Of a stretch of DNA of 64,000 nucleotides, positions 12,015 to 25,300 are shown piece after piece; the first letter of the stretch is position 1, and each line of letters opens with the position of its first letter. The DNA lies in NCBI GenBank assembly GCA_050084515.1, contig CM114271.1, positions 23,684,001-23,748,000 of the forward strand, given 5' to 3'. The notes under the pieces are model-generated. The model saw only the letters and a list, made by a program, of their open reading frames with translations, made no database searches and was not told the DNA's origin. A program made the position numbers and the translations under genes. The DNA is from Blasia pusilla (taxonomy: Eukaryota).

Positions 12015-13865
12015 TATCATGACCATACGGATTATGTCGTAGAGTATAGTGCTGGTAGAGGCCATTCCTTATGTAGGACCGTAGTGGCTTGGTAGAGATG
12101 CGGTTCCATACATAGGGTTGGGGGTGACTTTCCCAGTAGGGCCCGCTCTTAGGTTGGAGGATATAAGGTGGCTTGCCCTCAAAGAACAGTCAGTTCTTTG
12201 AGTTGAGCCTGTTGCGTTGGGAGTTAGCATTGGTAGTGAGTAGAGCTCTTGGCTATGGTGTTTCCCGCAAGCTTCGACCTAGATTATCCCATCGTGGAGT
12301 GGGTTTGGCTCGATTGTATGTGATTGTAAACGTGTTTTATGACAGTAGGTCTTTCACGGATTTCACTCAAAGAACTGACGTAGATCGATGGTAGCTTCGA
12401 TTGTAGATCAGTAGGATCTGGTTAGGGTTGATTGTGTACTCAGCCGTAGATGTTCGCGGCTTGTTGCCTATGTTGGAGGTGTGAATCAGGTGCGTGGTTG
12501 GTTTGGAAAGAAGCGCCTTTGCTGAGAGCTTTCCAACGCTACCTGTAGATCGCCGGATTTCGCGTCAAGGAGTTGGAAGTTATCAAGCATTGAAGATTCT
12601 GGTTCGTGTTCGGCGTTTTTTGATATGGAGAGGTTGGAGTCGGAAGCTCTGTTGAAGTTCATCCAGATCGGGTGAGACGTTCCTATTGCTACTTGTATTG
12701 TGATCTCATGTGAAGCTATCTGCTCGAGTGCGTGGAGCGTTATGGATTTCTGCGTGCATGAAACTTGGCGGAAGCGCTGCCGGATTTTGCGGTTCTAGAG
12801 GTGTATGGACAAGACAAGTTTATCTGATTTTTAGCTCGGAGTACGGAGCTCGGTTGTAGTTGAGTTTTTGTGGGGAGATAGCTATGGTGGTCAATTGAAT
12901 TCTGATCGAAACATATTTGATTTCGGTCACGTATTTGTGAAGTAATTTCTGATCGAAATTTCACGGACTAGCTCAAGGTCTGGCTATGGTGGACAACGGA
13001 TCGGAGGGGCTGGTTGGTTGGTGACTCGTTCATTGTTGGAGACGCCTATCCCATTGGGGGCGCCCTGGTTGGACCTCTCTCCATAGCGAAGCATGGCGAA
13101 GCGTGGCGAATGGGGCATGTCTCGGCGTTTTGAGGCTTCGAGGCAACTCGTGGTAGCTCGGGGCGAGTGGGCGTGAGAGGCAGAGTAAGGAGCAGGGAGC
13201 AAGCAAGCAAGCTTGCTTGCTTGGGCGTGAGGCAATTTTTGCAGGATTTAGGATTTGAGTTTTGCATAACTGGCCACCCATCTTTGGGCTATTCTGCCTG
13301 GAGGACGCTTAACTGCTGAGTTCTTAACTATGCCAGTGTACAGACTGTTGTAGCTCATTTGGTGCTGTTCGGAGAGGTGTTAGGCACTTTATGCATCTCA
13401 GGTTTTTGGTTGATGTACCTCTAGCGCATAGTACGGTGTAGCCTCTCCATGCAGATGATATTTTCAGGTGCTGCGAGTTCGACTAGCACGTCATCGACCC
13501 GCGGCGGAGTAGCTATTGCGTTAGAATTGTGTGGTGGGTTTTGTGGATTCAGAGGGCACCACATTTGGTGGATTGTGTTACCTTGGTTTCCATTTGCGAT
13601 TGGAGGGTTGTCGTTGGATTTCCTGTGTTTGGATCCCCTCCATTGTGCTTCTTGCTTGCGCGCCCATTGTTAGGGTTGACGCTGATTTCCATAGTAGTGT
13701 TACTCTGTGTGCTCCGATAGTGAGGTGGAGTGATGACCATGAGACCGTGGGAGTCTTCTTGTGGTGATGAGAGGTTAGGTTGCCTACACCCATAGCTAGT
13801 AGAGCTACAATAGTAGAGCGACATCGACGTCACTTGGTTAATTTGGTGGTGGTGCGGCATCGGCG

Positions 13866-16800
13866 TTGGTCATCACGGAGCTGTCGGGTGGTCTGGTTGG
13901 GGACCGTGGTGCGGACAGTGGTGGTTTCACACGGAGTGGATTTAGGTATCGGCTACCTTTTCCACTTCCGACGGTTGATGAAGAGGAGGACGAGGGTGTT
14001 CCAAACACCGAGTCTTCTACGTTGTTATCGAGTGTTGCAGCTCCATTGATTTGTGACATGGACGGTGGATATGGGGCCATGAAGGGCCCACGACGATACT
14101 TGGGTGCAGTGGGTACCATTGAGTTGGAGGACTTCATGCAGGAATTTGATACGTGGTGTGATATGCAGATGTTGCAGAACGCCACGTTGTTTACACCCTT
14201 CTTGGCTTGGAAGGGGTTGTTTCAGCACTTGGAAGGACCACCCATGGATGATTACCATGAGTTTAGGAAGGACCATGTTGCTGAGATTGAGGCATGGAGA
14301 CAATATTGGTCTCCAGGCTATGTGTCTATCATCCATGGTGGTATTGGTAGTAGTGCTCCTACTATGCCCCCCGGAACCGAGTGGTATGCAGTACTGAGCC
14401 GGAGTGGGGATACCTAAAGTGGAGGTACTAGTGGGGGTACTAGTGGAGGTACTAGTGCCCCACCATTTAGCTTGATTGCTGCAGAGGTTCTTCAAGAGGT
14501 TGAAGAAGAACTATCAAGGAGTGAAGACGGAGAAGTTGAGGAATCTTTAGGACTTTGAGCGAAAGGCGGTGAGAGTCTTCATGAGGCATACACGCGTATC
14601 GACGCTTGATTTCATTACCAAGGGTGTGCGAGGTTCAGCGATCCAATCAATTTTGGTATGGGATCTTGGACAGAGATTTGCGCCGTAGGGTACGTGATGC
14701 TACTCTTATGAGTGATGATTCACCCACATTGACCCATGTGTTTGCTCTATCTCGAGAAGATTGAGCTTAACATGGTGAAGGAGAGAGTGGTGACATCCGC
14801 ATTCGAGTAGGGATACAACTACTACTCGTGTTCGCCGCCCACCTCACGCCTCATAGTAGTGGTGTTGGTATTAGTAGTGGGAGTCGTGGGGGTACACGCG
14901 ACCTCAGTCAAGTCCTAGAGGGACATTTGTGTAGAGACCATTGCCTTCATTTTTGCTGCCCCCAGCAAGAAGGACGATCATGTTGGACATGTGGAGGTGA
15001 TCATGTTAGGAAGTTTTGTCCCCAAGAGGATGGGAGACGGACTTTGGAGGATGGGCCTCACTCGGCCCCAACTCAGGTGTGATCATTGCGGGAGACTAGG
15101 TCATCCTCGAGAGCGTTGCTTTGATCTTCATCCGAGTTGAGATCAGGCCGTGGCCGTGGTGGAGTAGCCGAGAGGCCGAGGTGGTAGAGGTGGTAGGGGT
15201 GGTAGAGGTGGACCGGTGGTTGGAGAGCCTACGGTGGCTACCCCTACCACTACGACGAGTCGCTATGGTGCCAGGATTGAGCAATTGGAGCAGAAGTTGG
15301 CTACTATGGTGGTATCCAAGATAGATCAGGTTCGGGAGCAGGGCTTCCACCTCTTATGGAGGGGATGATCTCTCTTATATGGCGAGTAAAGACAAGGTTG
15401 AGGCATCAGCAGCGATTTGAGAGGAGCCACTCGGCGTCGAGCCACGTGGTGCTATCAGGAGTTGGACCCACAGAGGGGTGAGGTTGGGAGCGTGCTAGGC
15501 TTCCCAGTCATTCTTGTTGTCCGAGGTGCTTAGGACTCCATCCATGGTTCCTCGCAGCCTATTGAGCCGACAGTGGGGATCGAGGCATCTATCATCGCGT
15601 GTAGTAGACACGGATGCAAAGATCCAATGCAAGATGTGCGGATGGCAACTTCAGTGTTGGGATCCCCATTGTTTTCGCCACGGAGCGATGGCTTTAGGAG
15701 TTGACTTAGCTCTTGTATTTTCAGCCAGACCACATTGTGTGAACGTGGGGTGTTATTCTTGCTACATGTGTTGAGGTGGATGAGGATGTTGCGGTGGAGT
15801 GACCCTCTATGTCGGAGTAGCATTGAGTACCAGTGCTACTTAAGCAAAGGCGGGCGGAGATGGATGCATTACCGGCCCGGCCAGCCATTGATCGTGAGAG
15901 GCTTACACTGGTGTATGTATGTTGGACAACCGGAGTGGGATCTTCCGATTTGTGAGTCCTACAGACAGGTGTATAGACCAGATAGAGTCTTGTTAGACTT
16001 AGGTGCCCAGCCTTTGATGTTGGGAAAGGCGGCATGTATTGGTTTGGGTATTCGGAGGTCGAGCTTGAGCCTTGCCCATTCCAGATTCAAACATCACTTG
16101 GAGGAGCCAATGATAGGTCTCAATTCATGACACGGGAGAAGTTTTTCAGAGTTGAGACCAGATCATGCGACCGATAGCTCCCGGTTGGGATTATCTCGGT
16201 AGTCACATCACCGAGTCGTATGATGTACTAGTTGGAGGAGGAGTATTGTACCCGATGGGTTTTCAGATGGATTCTTGGATCGAGAGGCGTCTTATAGACC
16301 AGGTTGGCGATCCGGGATGGACGTATGAGCCAAGTTCTGTGAGATTTATTTCGGGGCTCGACCAGAGGGTCTTCCCAACAAAGTGTTAGCATCCGTGGTG
16401 GTTTTAGTGGAGTAGTCACTTGGCCAGAGACTTTTTGAGGGTAATGTTTCGCTATGGATTCTCCGCGCATGAGGAGGTAGAGGAGGTCCCTATTTTTGCA
16501 GCAAATGGCATCCTCATCGTTGGATGTGCCACTTTGGAGTTCAGAGGCGGTGCACTACGGCAGAGGCCGTCGCCTAGTGCAAGAGGCTTGGTGTGAGGTC
16601 AGTTATACCTCACGAGGAAGAGGAGGCCCCACGGTGGACTCCTACTGCCTGATTAGGTTATCCCTTTGGATACTACACCCATTGTATGGCAAGATCCACG
16701 GAGGGCATTTGTGTGTTAGATCTCTTTGGTGGGATTAGCACTGGTTTGGCGGCAAGATGTTGCAGGCCGGTATTCTGTCGGCGGAGATACGTGTATGTGG

Positions 16801-17902
16801 AGCGAGATGAGACGGCCCAGAGAGTCTCATCTCGACATATTGGTCGATTGATGCGAGATATCCCGAGTTGTTGCCGCCATCGGCTATTCGTGGGTACCAG
16901 CGTGTTTTTACCATCACACATTGCATTGTTGGGGCGCAGGACCTTGAGAGGGTTGGTCCTGTGGATTTGGTGATTCTTTGGATGGCCATGTCGGGTCATC
17001 ACACGTCTTTGGTCGTGGTGAGGGATTACATGACCCTAGGTCTCGATTGTTTTGGGAGATGTTACGGGTGTTACGACATCTTCAGTTCATCGAGCACGTG
17101 CTCTAGCTTACATTCTCGAGAATGTTCCATTGTTGGGTGACACTCGGACCCGGATGATGGCGAGTGTTCATGAGGTGCGGTCTTGATTGGACCAGCGGTG
17201 TTGTTGGATGCTGCATGAGTTGGCTCACAGCGGCACATCATCCACGCTTGTGGTGGACAAACTTGTTGCCTAGGAGGTTCTACGTCGAGCATTTGATGCA
17301 AAGGCAGGGATCCTCGCTTACAATGGATAGTATCTTGATATCTTTGGCGACTTTCTCAAGTGGTGAGGGTTATTGATCGGTCACCCATGGCAGTGGTGAA
17401 CCGTGTGGGCCAGCCTAGGATGGCACTACCCATATTTGTGAGTTTTCCCGCGTCACATGCCTACAGGGAAGGTGGTCCGGGGCTTGTATGGGATTCTCAT
17501 GTGCGACAGTTGGTGGAGCCTAACGCTGATGAGAGAGAGCGTGCGATGGGATTTACTACTGGCGTGACAGCGGTTGCTTCTATTTCTGAGGCTTCACAAC
17601 GTCATGTGTTGGGTCAGGCCATGGACCTGAATTGTTTGACTTGGATTTTGAGTCTTGGTATGGCCGAGCAGCGTCGACTTCGGACTATGTCTGTGGGTCT
17701 TCCACCCCTTGTAATGAGCTCGATGGCTACCGGGACGGTAGAGGCATCGGCTAGGGGCAAGGAGAGTAGTATTTTGCATCCTTGGAGTAAATGGGATGTA
17801 ATGGTTGGGCATGTGGAGTTGGTTGCTCATGCTGGTGGAGGAGTTATTTGCTCAGATGATGGTGTAGCTAAGGGTGTATCATCTTGTGAAGGGGTTGCGT
17901 AG
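13866..17902 (+). pseudogene. E2 Gag-protease-DNMT ORF (frameshifted)
   Basis: Gag GTIELEDFMQEFDTWCD; knuckles CWTCGGDHVRKFC and CDHCGRLGHPRERC; PR VLLDLGAQP; DNMT about 16705-17650 (VLDLFGGISTG, GWPC, ENV, ERERAMGF, LGQAMDL); ends at TAG 17900-17902. Confidence 0.82.
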
Positions 17903-20900
17903 CAGCCAATGGCATCGTCCTCTCCCTCTAGTATGCCAGTGGAGGAGACTTGGGAGCCATTACTTGGGCCCAAGCTTACGGGAGGTGAGAAACGTCGCTT
18001 GACACAGTTCCTACGTGCTTATAGGAGTTGTTTTGCCTTTAGCATGAAGGAGTTGGGTTCTCTGGTTGGACCCGGTATATGGATTGATTTGGCTAGTGAT
18101 ACGCCAATCTTCCGTCGTCCCTACCGATATAGTGATATGGAGAGGGACTTGATTGAGTAGGACGTTGGACCTTTTGGAGGCTAGATTAGTGGAGTTGTTG
18201 CATGGAGAGTATGCATCGCCCACTGTCATGCTGCTAAAAAGGATATGCATGGCAACTACACGGATAGGCGGATGTGTGGAGATTACCGCCCTATCAATCG
18301 GCAAACCAAGGCCGATAGGTATGCCATGCCTACACGAGAGATCTTTGATGTGGTGGGACAGCAAAGATTTTCAGTATTTTGATCTTCGGGCAAGATACCA
18401 TCAATTGCCGATTCGGGAGAGTGACAAGGCCAAGACAACATTTTGGGGTGTCAACTCTCATGGCAAGGATTGTTTGTACCGGTGGAAATTCTTACCCTTT
18501 GGGTTGAAGAATGCACTGTCGAGTTTCAAAGAGTGATGGACGGGATCCTAGCGGTGGTTGGATTTTGTTCGGTGTTACATTGATGATATCTTGGTGTTCA
18601 AGAACACGGTGGAGGTGCATCGATACATTTGCAGATGGTGTTTGAGCGGTTGAAAGCTCATGGTCTACGTTTTCATCCAGGAAAGTGTAAGTTCTTCCAT
18701 GAGGATGTTGAGTACTTGGGTCATGTGATCTATCCAGGTGGTTTGGGAGTTCGACAAGCAAAGGTGGAGGCTATTGCACTTATTCGCGTCCGGTAGATGT
18801 GAGTAGAGTTCGAGCATTCATGGGATTGGCGAACTACTATCGGAGGTATGTGAAGGATTTAGTGCTATGGCAAAGCCTTTAAACCAATTGCTGAAATCAG
18901 ATCAAGAGTGGCACTGGGAGATGATCGGGAGAGAGCTTTGGGGAGCTTAAGGCCAGTTGGTGGCGGCGCCTATCTTGAGGAGACCTATCGAGGGCGCCCA
19001 TTTGATTACATACACACGATTGGAGTAGGTTGGGACTTGGAGCGGTGTTGACACAACATGATGATGAGCACATGGAGTTTGTGGTGGCCTATGCAAGTCG
19101 TTCGAATAATGCAAATGAGTCGCGCTATAGTTCATATGAGGGAGAGTGCTTGGCAAGAGTGTGGGATGTGGCACACTTTAGGTGTTACTTGTTTGGCACA
19201 CTGATTTACCCTTGTTATCGATCACCACCGCTCAAGTGGTTGATGGAGTCGGACAAGCTTACAGGAAGCTTGCAAGGTGGGCTCTTATCTTACATGAGTA
19301 TGACTTCGGGTGGTACATAGACCTGGAGTTGCCAACCTTGATGCTTTGATGGGTTGAGTAGGAACCCATGTACTAGCCAAGAGGATACAACTGGGGCTAG
19401 ATGGCATGGCGAGGTTGATGAGGAGATGGTGCCAGGTTGGCATGCATCCGCCTTTTTATGTTGGTTAGGGGTGGACTCTAGTATGGAGGACCACATGATA
19501 TCTTACTCTAGTCAGAGGGTAGATGGCCAACCTTCAGATCCTAAGGTTGGAGATGGTGGTACGGATGAGCGTGATATTCATGATGATGCGTTGGTGTTGG
19601 AGTTCCTACGGACCAAGAGGGTGCCGCATAGTGAGTGCCAAGGAGCGAGACCGTGTTCTTCAACGTGCTAAGAGGTATCGATTGGAGGAACACATATTCT
19701 CCGCATGTGGGAGGATGGTAGAGTACGAGTAGTGCCACATTTGGCTCGAGAGAGAGCGCATTGACAGCGACATGCCCATGAGGAGTTGGGACATTTTGGG
19801 GTAAAGCGACGTATAGCTTACTCCTTGGCAAGATTGGTGGCGTGGCATGCATACTCAGTGCAGCGAGTTGGTGTCACGTTGTATGGTTTGTGACCGGGTG
19901 AGGGCATCATTTAATGCCCCTACACCACAATTACATCCCTTGCCTATTATGGGGTTGGTTACCGTTGGAGTGTGGACTTTGCGGGACCGTTACCATTGAT
20001 GCGACATCATCGATATGTGTTGGTGATGGTGGAGCACTTCTCCAAGTGGATTGAGTTGGTGGCATTACCGGACAAGGCAAGTGAGGGAACGGCATATGCG
20101 TTTCTGGATAGAGTGCTTAGTCATTTTGGTGCACCGGTGAAGTCTTGACCACCAGTGCAGTCTGAGTTTGGTGGTGAGTTTGGTCTTGTGTGACAAGGCG
20201 TTGATTGATCATCGGACCACGTCTCGAGATCATCCGAGGCGGATGGTTTGGCTGAGCGTGTGGTTCGGGACGGTGAAGAGGGCATTGCGCAAGTATGGCC
20301 TCTGAAGGGGCATCTTGAGACCAGGATATTCGTTGCCATGGTTAGCCATGGGGTATAGGTTCAGTCGCCAAGCATCCTTGGCTTCCTTCTCACCTTATTT
20401 TCTATTATACGGCCGAGATCCGGACTTGCCGCAGCAATTGCCGGGAGTCTAGTGAGGTGGTGGACCTTGATGACCCAAAGATATGGATGAGGGTGTGTTC
20501 TCGGGCGGAGCTCTTTCGGAGAGTTATGCCAATGACCTTTGAGAATCTTGCCATTGCTCAACACAGGATACGCGGTATGGTTCGGGGTGGAGGTTATCGA
20601 CCATCGATTCGAGGTTCCATGTGGGGACTATGTCTATTTGCAGCAGATTGCCCGACAACGTTGGATGTGGCAGCAGCGCACTATTTTACGAAAGTGCGTG
20701 AGGTGTTAGCTTCGGAGTTCTCATGTTGGAGGGTCGTGATGGAGTTGTTTGGAAGGACCATGTGCGTAATTGTGCGCCATGTCATCTTCCAAATGTGGAT
20801 GGTATCTTATTGACCCAAGCTTAGCCATGATACGTGCTAGCTTGAGGTGCATGTTGTGTGGGTCTGCCGGGTAACGCCGTATGTTGGTGTGTGATCGATG

Positions 20901-20984
20901 TTCTAGGGGTTGGCATATGATGTGTTTGACTCACGTTTGGATGTTGTTCCTCTTTGGAAGGTGGGTTTGTCTCGATGTACTTAG
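17903..20984 (+). pseudogene. E2 RT-RNaseH-integrase-PHD (frameshifted)
   Basis: YIDD at about 18577; RNase H GLGAVL and YSSYEGECLA; integrase HAHEELGH and WSVDFAGP; C-terminal PHD. Confidence 0.85.
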
Positions 20985-21740
20985 GAGAGGTAGATGACTT
21001 GATCTTTGCATGATATGGATTACAGATGTGCGACTAACGATGGGGCAACCTAGCACCCGGCCTTCGATTCGGGCACCCAAGAAGGTGTATAGCATGTAGT
21101 AGATGTATAGGGCTACCGGGAGTTAGAGGAACCTAACCGCCTTGATTAGGGGCGAGTTGTGGTACACTTGCGTTTGTGGATACTCGTCTATATTATGTAT
21201 GTATGTGAGTATGGTATGTCGGCGATGTATGTTGTATGACGATGGGGATTCATGACGACAATTTGTCATGACCATACGGATTATGTCGAGAGTATAGTCT
21301 TTGGTAGAGGCCATTCCTTATGTAGGACCGTAGTGGCTTGGTAGAGATGCGGTTCCATACATAGGGTTGGGGGTTACTCACTTGGGGGTGACTTTCCCAA
21401 GAGGGGCCCGCTCTTAGGTTGGAGGATATAAGGTGGCTTGCCCTCAAAGAGAATCAGTTCTTTGAGTTGAGCCTCTATGCGTTGGGAGTTAGCCTTGGTA
21501 GTGAGTAGAGCTCTTGGCTATGGTGTTTCCCGCAAGCTTCGACCTAGATTCTCCCATCGTGGAGTGGGTTTGGCTCGATTGTATGTGATTGTAAACGTGT
21601 TTTATGACAGTAGGTCTTTCACGGATTTCAGTTGTGGTACACTTGCGTTTGTGGATACTCTCATCTATGTTATGTATGTATGTGAGTATGGTATGTCAGC
21701 GATGTATGTTGTATGACGATGGGGATTCTCACGACATACC

Positions 21741-22374
21741 ATTTGGGTTGAAGAACGCGCGTGCAGAGTTTTAGAGAGTGATGGATAGGATTCTGGCTGG
21801 CTTGGATTTTGTACGATGTTACGTAGATGATATTCTTATCTTCAGTTCCATGGTTGAGGAGCATGAGCGACACTTGGAGGAGGTGTTTCAGCGATTGCAG
21901 TTACATGGACTGAAGTTACATCTAGGCAAGTGCAGATTCTTTAAGGAGCAGATTGAGTACTTGGGATACACCATATACCCAAGTGGGTTAGGCGTTCAGA
22001 AGACGAAGGTAGAGGCTATTGCGCAGATTCCACGCCCTACAGATGTGAGTCGAGTCTGAGCATTTCTTGGACTGGCGAACTTCTATCGACGGTATGTCAA
22101 GGGTTTTAGTGCGATCGCAAAGTCTTCGACCTTGTTGACGAGACTTGACCAGGTTTGGTTGTGGGGAGATGATCAAGAGCGAGCATTTTAGGAGCTCAAG
22201 GATAGGTTGACGTCCTCACCCATTTTACAAAGACCGGTTAGGGGTCGCCCATTCCATTTACATACGGATTGGAGCATGTTGGGTCTAGGAGCAGTGCTTA
22301 CTCAGAGGGATGACAAGGAGAGGGAGTTTGTTGTGGCTTACATGAGCCAATCAAACAACATTGCAGAGGCAAAG
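21741..22374 (+). pseudogene. E1 RT C-terminal part and RNase H start
   Basis: FGLKNA, CYVDDILIFS, KCRFF..IEYLG, FLGLANFYRRYV, HTDWSMLGLGAVL. Confidence 0.88.
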
Positions 22375-25300
22375 TGTTGATCAATTCAGGACTCTAGACT
22401 GACCTTTAATTGCAGAAGAAATAGCAAGCAAGGCGATAGAACATCATGCATTTGTAAGGAATGTGATCTGCAGCAAAGAGCGGATCATAGTTGCTCTTTA
22501 AATACACAGGGCTCTCTATGTTGTCCTACCTACAACAGAAAACGTGTCCTAACATAAGAAAATGCAATTCACGTGCATGAGTGCTGAGTCACTTACAAGT
22601 GACACCTGTTCACTGACACATAAGAGGTGAGTCATAAGAATGACCTTCTTGTCCTATTATATATGCGGAGGTGGCTAGGCATGGTGTCAATAGAGGAAGG
22701 TCGCTGGTAATCAGCTACATGCTAATATCTAACACTCCCACTCAGTGACTAGCTCCATTGATAGTATCTCTATGAAACACGTGTTTCTCCCTAGTTAAAC
22801 CTTTTGTGAGAATATCTGCGACCATGTCATGGATGTCACAATCTACTACTTGTATCAAACCCTTTTGTACCATCTCCTTAATAAAATGATACTGAATGTC
22901 AATGTGTTTTGTCCTCTCACTAGATCTTGTTCTATCTAACAAAGCAATAGCACTCTAGTTATCACAATATATTACAGTCCTCCCTTGCTGATTCCCAATC
23001 TCACTTAAAAAAATTTGTAACCAAGTTGCCTTTGTGAGAGCTCTAGTTAGAGCCATGTACTATGCCTCAGTAGTGGATAGAGCAACAGATTTCTGCTTCT
23101 TGCTTCCCTAGCAGACAATTGCGTGTCCTAACAAGAAATAGAAACCAGAGGTTGATGTTCGATCATCCTGATTACCTCCCCAATCAGCATCAGAGTAACC
23201 ATACAATGGTTATATGCTGTTTTTCCTACTGTACACAAGTACTAAGTTTGCTGTCCCTTTTAGATATCTAAAAATCCTTTTCACAGCACCCCAATGGCCT
23301 GGACTTGGTTCAGCCATATATCTAGAAATCATACTCACAGCAAAAGAAATGTCAGGCCTTATACAAACCATTGCCCACGTTAGACTACCTGCTGCACTTT
23401 TATAAGGTATCTTTCTCATGAAGCTTCTTTCTTCTTCATTCCTCGGGGAATCCTTTCTTGATAGCTTCTTCCTTGATTCTACTCGTGTATCTACATGTTT
23501 GCAGTCTGACATTTTAAACTTTGCAAGTACATTGTTGACATACCTACTTTGAGATAGTCTAATCCACCCTTCCTTTCTGTTCCTAGTTACTTCCATTTGA
23601 AGGAAATGATGGATTTCTCCCATATCTGTCATTCTAAACTCCTTTTTCATTGAGTCTTTGACAGATATTAGCAGTGGTGTACATTTACTAATCAATACGG
23701 CGTCATCTACGTATAGGGCCAATTGTACAAAATATTCATGATCATTCAGGATGTAAACATTTGTATCATTATCACATCTCCGAAATCCTATTTTGATCAC
23801 AAAACTATCCATCATTTGATACCACATTCTTGATGACTGTTTAAGTCCATAAATGGACTTGTGCAGCCTACAAACTTGATCTTGGCAAGTAGGATCTGAC
23901 ACCCCCTCTTGCATCTCCATATATACTTCCTTCTCAAGTATACCATTCAGAAATGTTGTCTTTACATCCATCTGATGTACTTCAAGATCAAACTGTGCTG
24001 CCAGAGCAAGCATAACTCGGATTGAAGTTCTTTTGACTACATGTGAGAATGTCTCAGTGTAGTCCACACCATAAACTTGTGAGTAGCCTTTTGCTACCAA
24101 TCTTGCTTTGTACCTTTCAATGCTCCCATCTGCCTTGTACTTTATTTTGAAAACCCATTTACATCCCACAGCCTTTCTACCTAGTGGAAGTGAAGTGAAT
24201 GACCAAGTTTTATTCAACCTCATGGATTCGAGCTCTTGTTCCATTGCATCCTTCCAATGAACTGCTTGTTGCCCAGAGAGAGCTTCTTCATAGGTCTCGG
24301 GTTCTTCAATATTGTTATGCTTCTCTTGTTGACTCATTAACACCTGAGTCAACTTCTCTTTATCTGGATTCCTTGCGCGTGATTGCTAATGTGCTGCATC
24401 ATATTTCTCCACTTGCCTTGAAACCCTTTCAGAGCTTCTTGGTCCAGTGCTCGCTTCTGTTGGAGTTGTGTTGTTGGACTCTATTTGAACAATCTGTGGC
24501 TCCTTCTGAACTTGTTCTGGTGCAACATCAAGAAAATGGCTCTCTGTTGGAATCTCACTAGCACTCTTACTAGTACTTGGAGTGCTCATACTTGGTGTTA
24601 GTACACTTTTTCCTTTCAGTGGTAGTCGATGCTGGAGTTGGTAAGTCTCCCACTAAACTCGTTCCCCAGGACTCCGGGAACTCAAACAAGGAATCGTCCT
24701 CCTCTTTACGTAAACCAACAAATGCCATTTTGCCCTCTTGGAATTTTACATCCCTAGAAGTGGTGATGGTTTTGTCAAATTTCTTTTGCAACGTGTATCC
24801 TTTTCTTTGCTCATCATAACCAAGAAGAATACATTCTTCTGATTTTACATCTAGTTTTCTCCTTTGAGAAGAAGGAATTAGTGCAAAAGCTGTACACCCC
24901 AAAATTCTAATGTGACCAAGATCTGGAGGCTCTCTGTACCAAACCTCATATGGTGTCTTATCACCCTCCAGAGCCTTTGTTGGTGATCTGTTCTGCAAGT
25001 AGTTTGCTGTCACTATTACTTCACCCCACTAAGCCTTTTCGAGACCTGATTGTTCTAGCATTGCAAGTACAACAGATGTTAATGTTCTATTTTTTCTTTC
25101 TGCTACTCCGTTTTGCTGTGGAGTGTGAGGGACTGGAAACTGCCTTCTAATCCCATGCTCTTGACAGTGTAAATTGAAATCAATGGAAGTGTATTCTCCC
25201 CCATTATCACATCTTAACATTCTGATTTTTCTTCCTGTCTGATTTTCTACCAAGTTTTTGTACACTAAAAACTTCTGATACACTTCTGATTTCTGCTTTA

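Larger units (their letters stand above)
12015..21736 (+). mobile_element. Ty3/Gypsy element E2 (DNMT + PHD, split terminal repeats) inserted in the RT of E1; same family as E3
   Basis: TSD TACC (12011-12014 / 21737-21740). B1 12015-12365; PBS 12365-12379; A1 21156-21260; B2 21264-21630; A2 21631-21736. Full domain set with many frameshifts. Confidence 0.93.
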
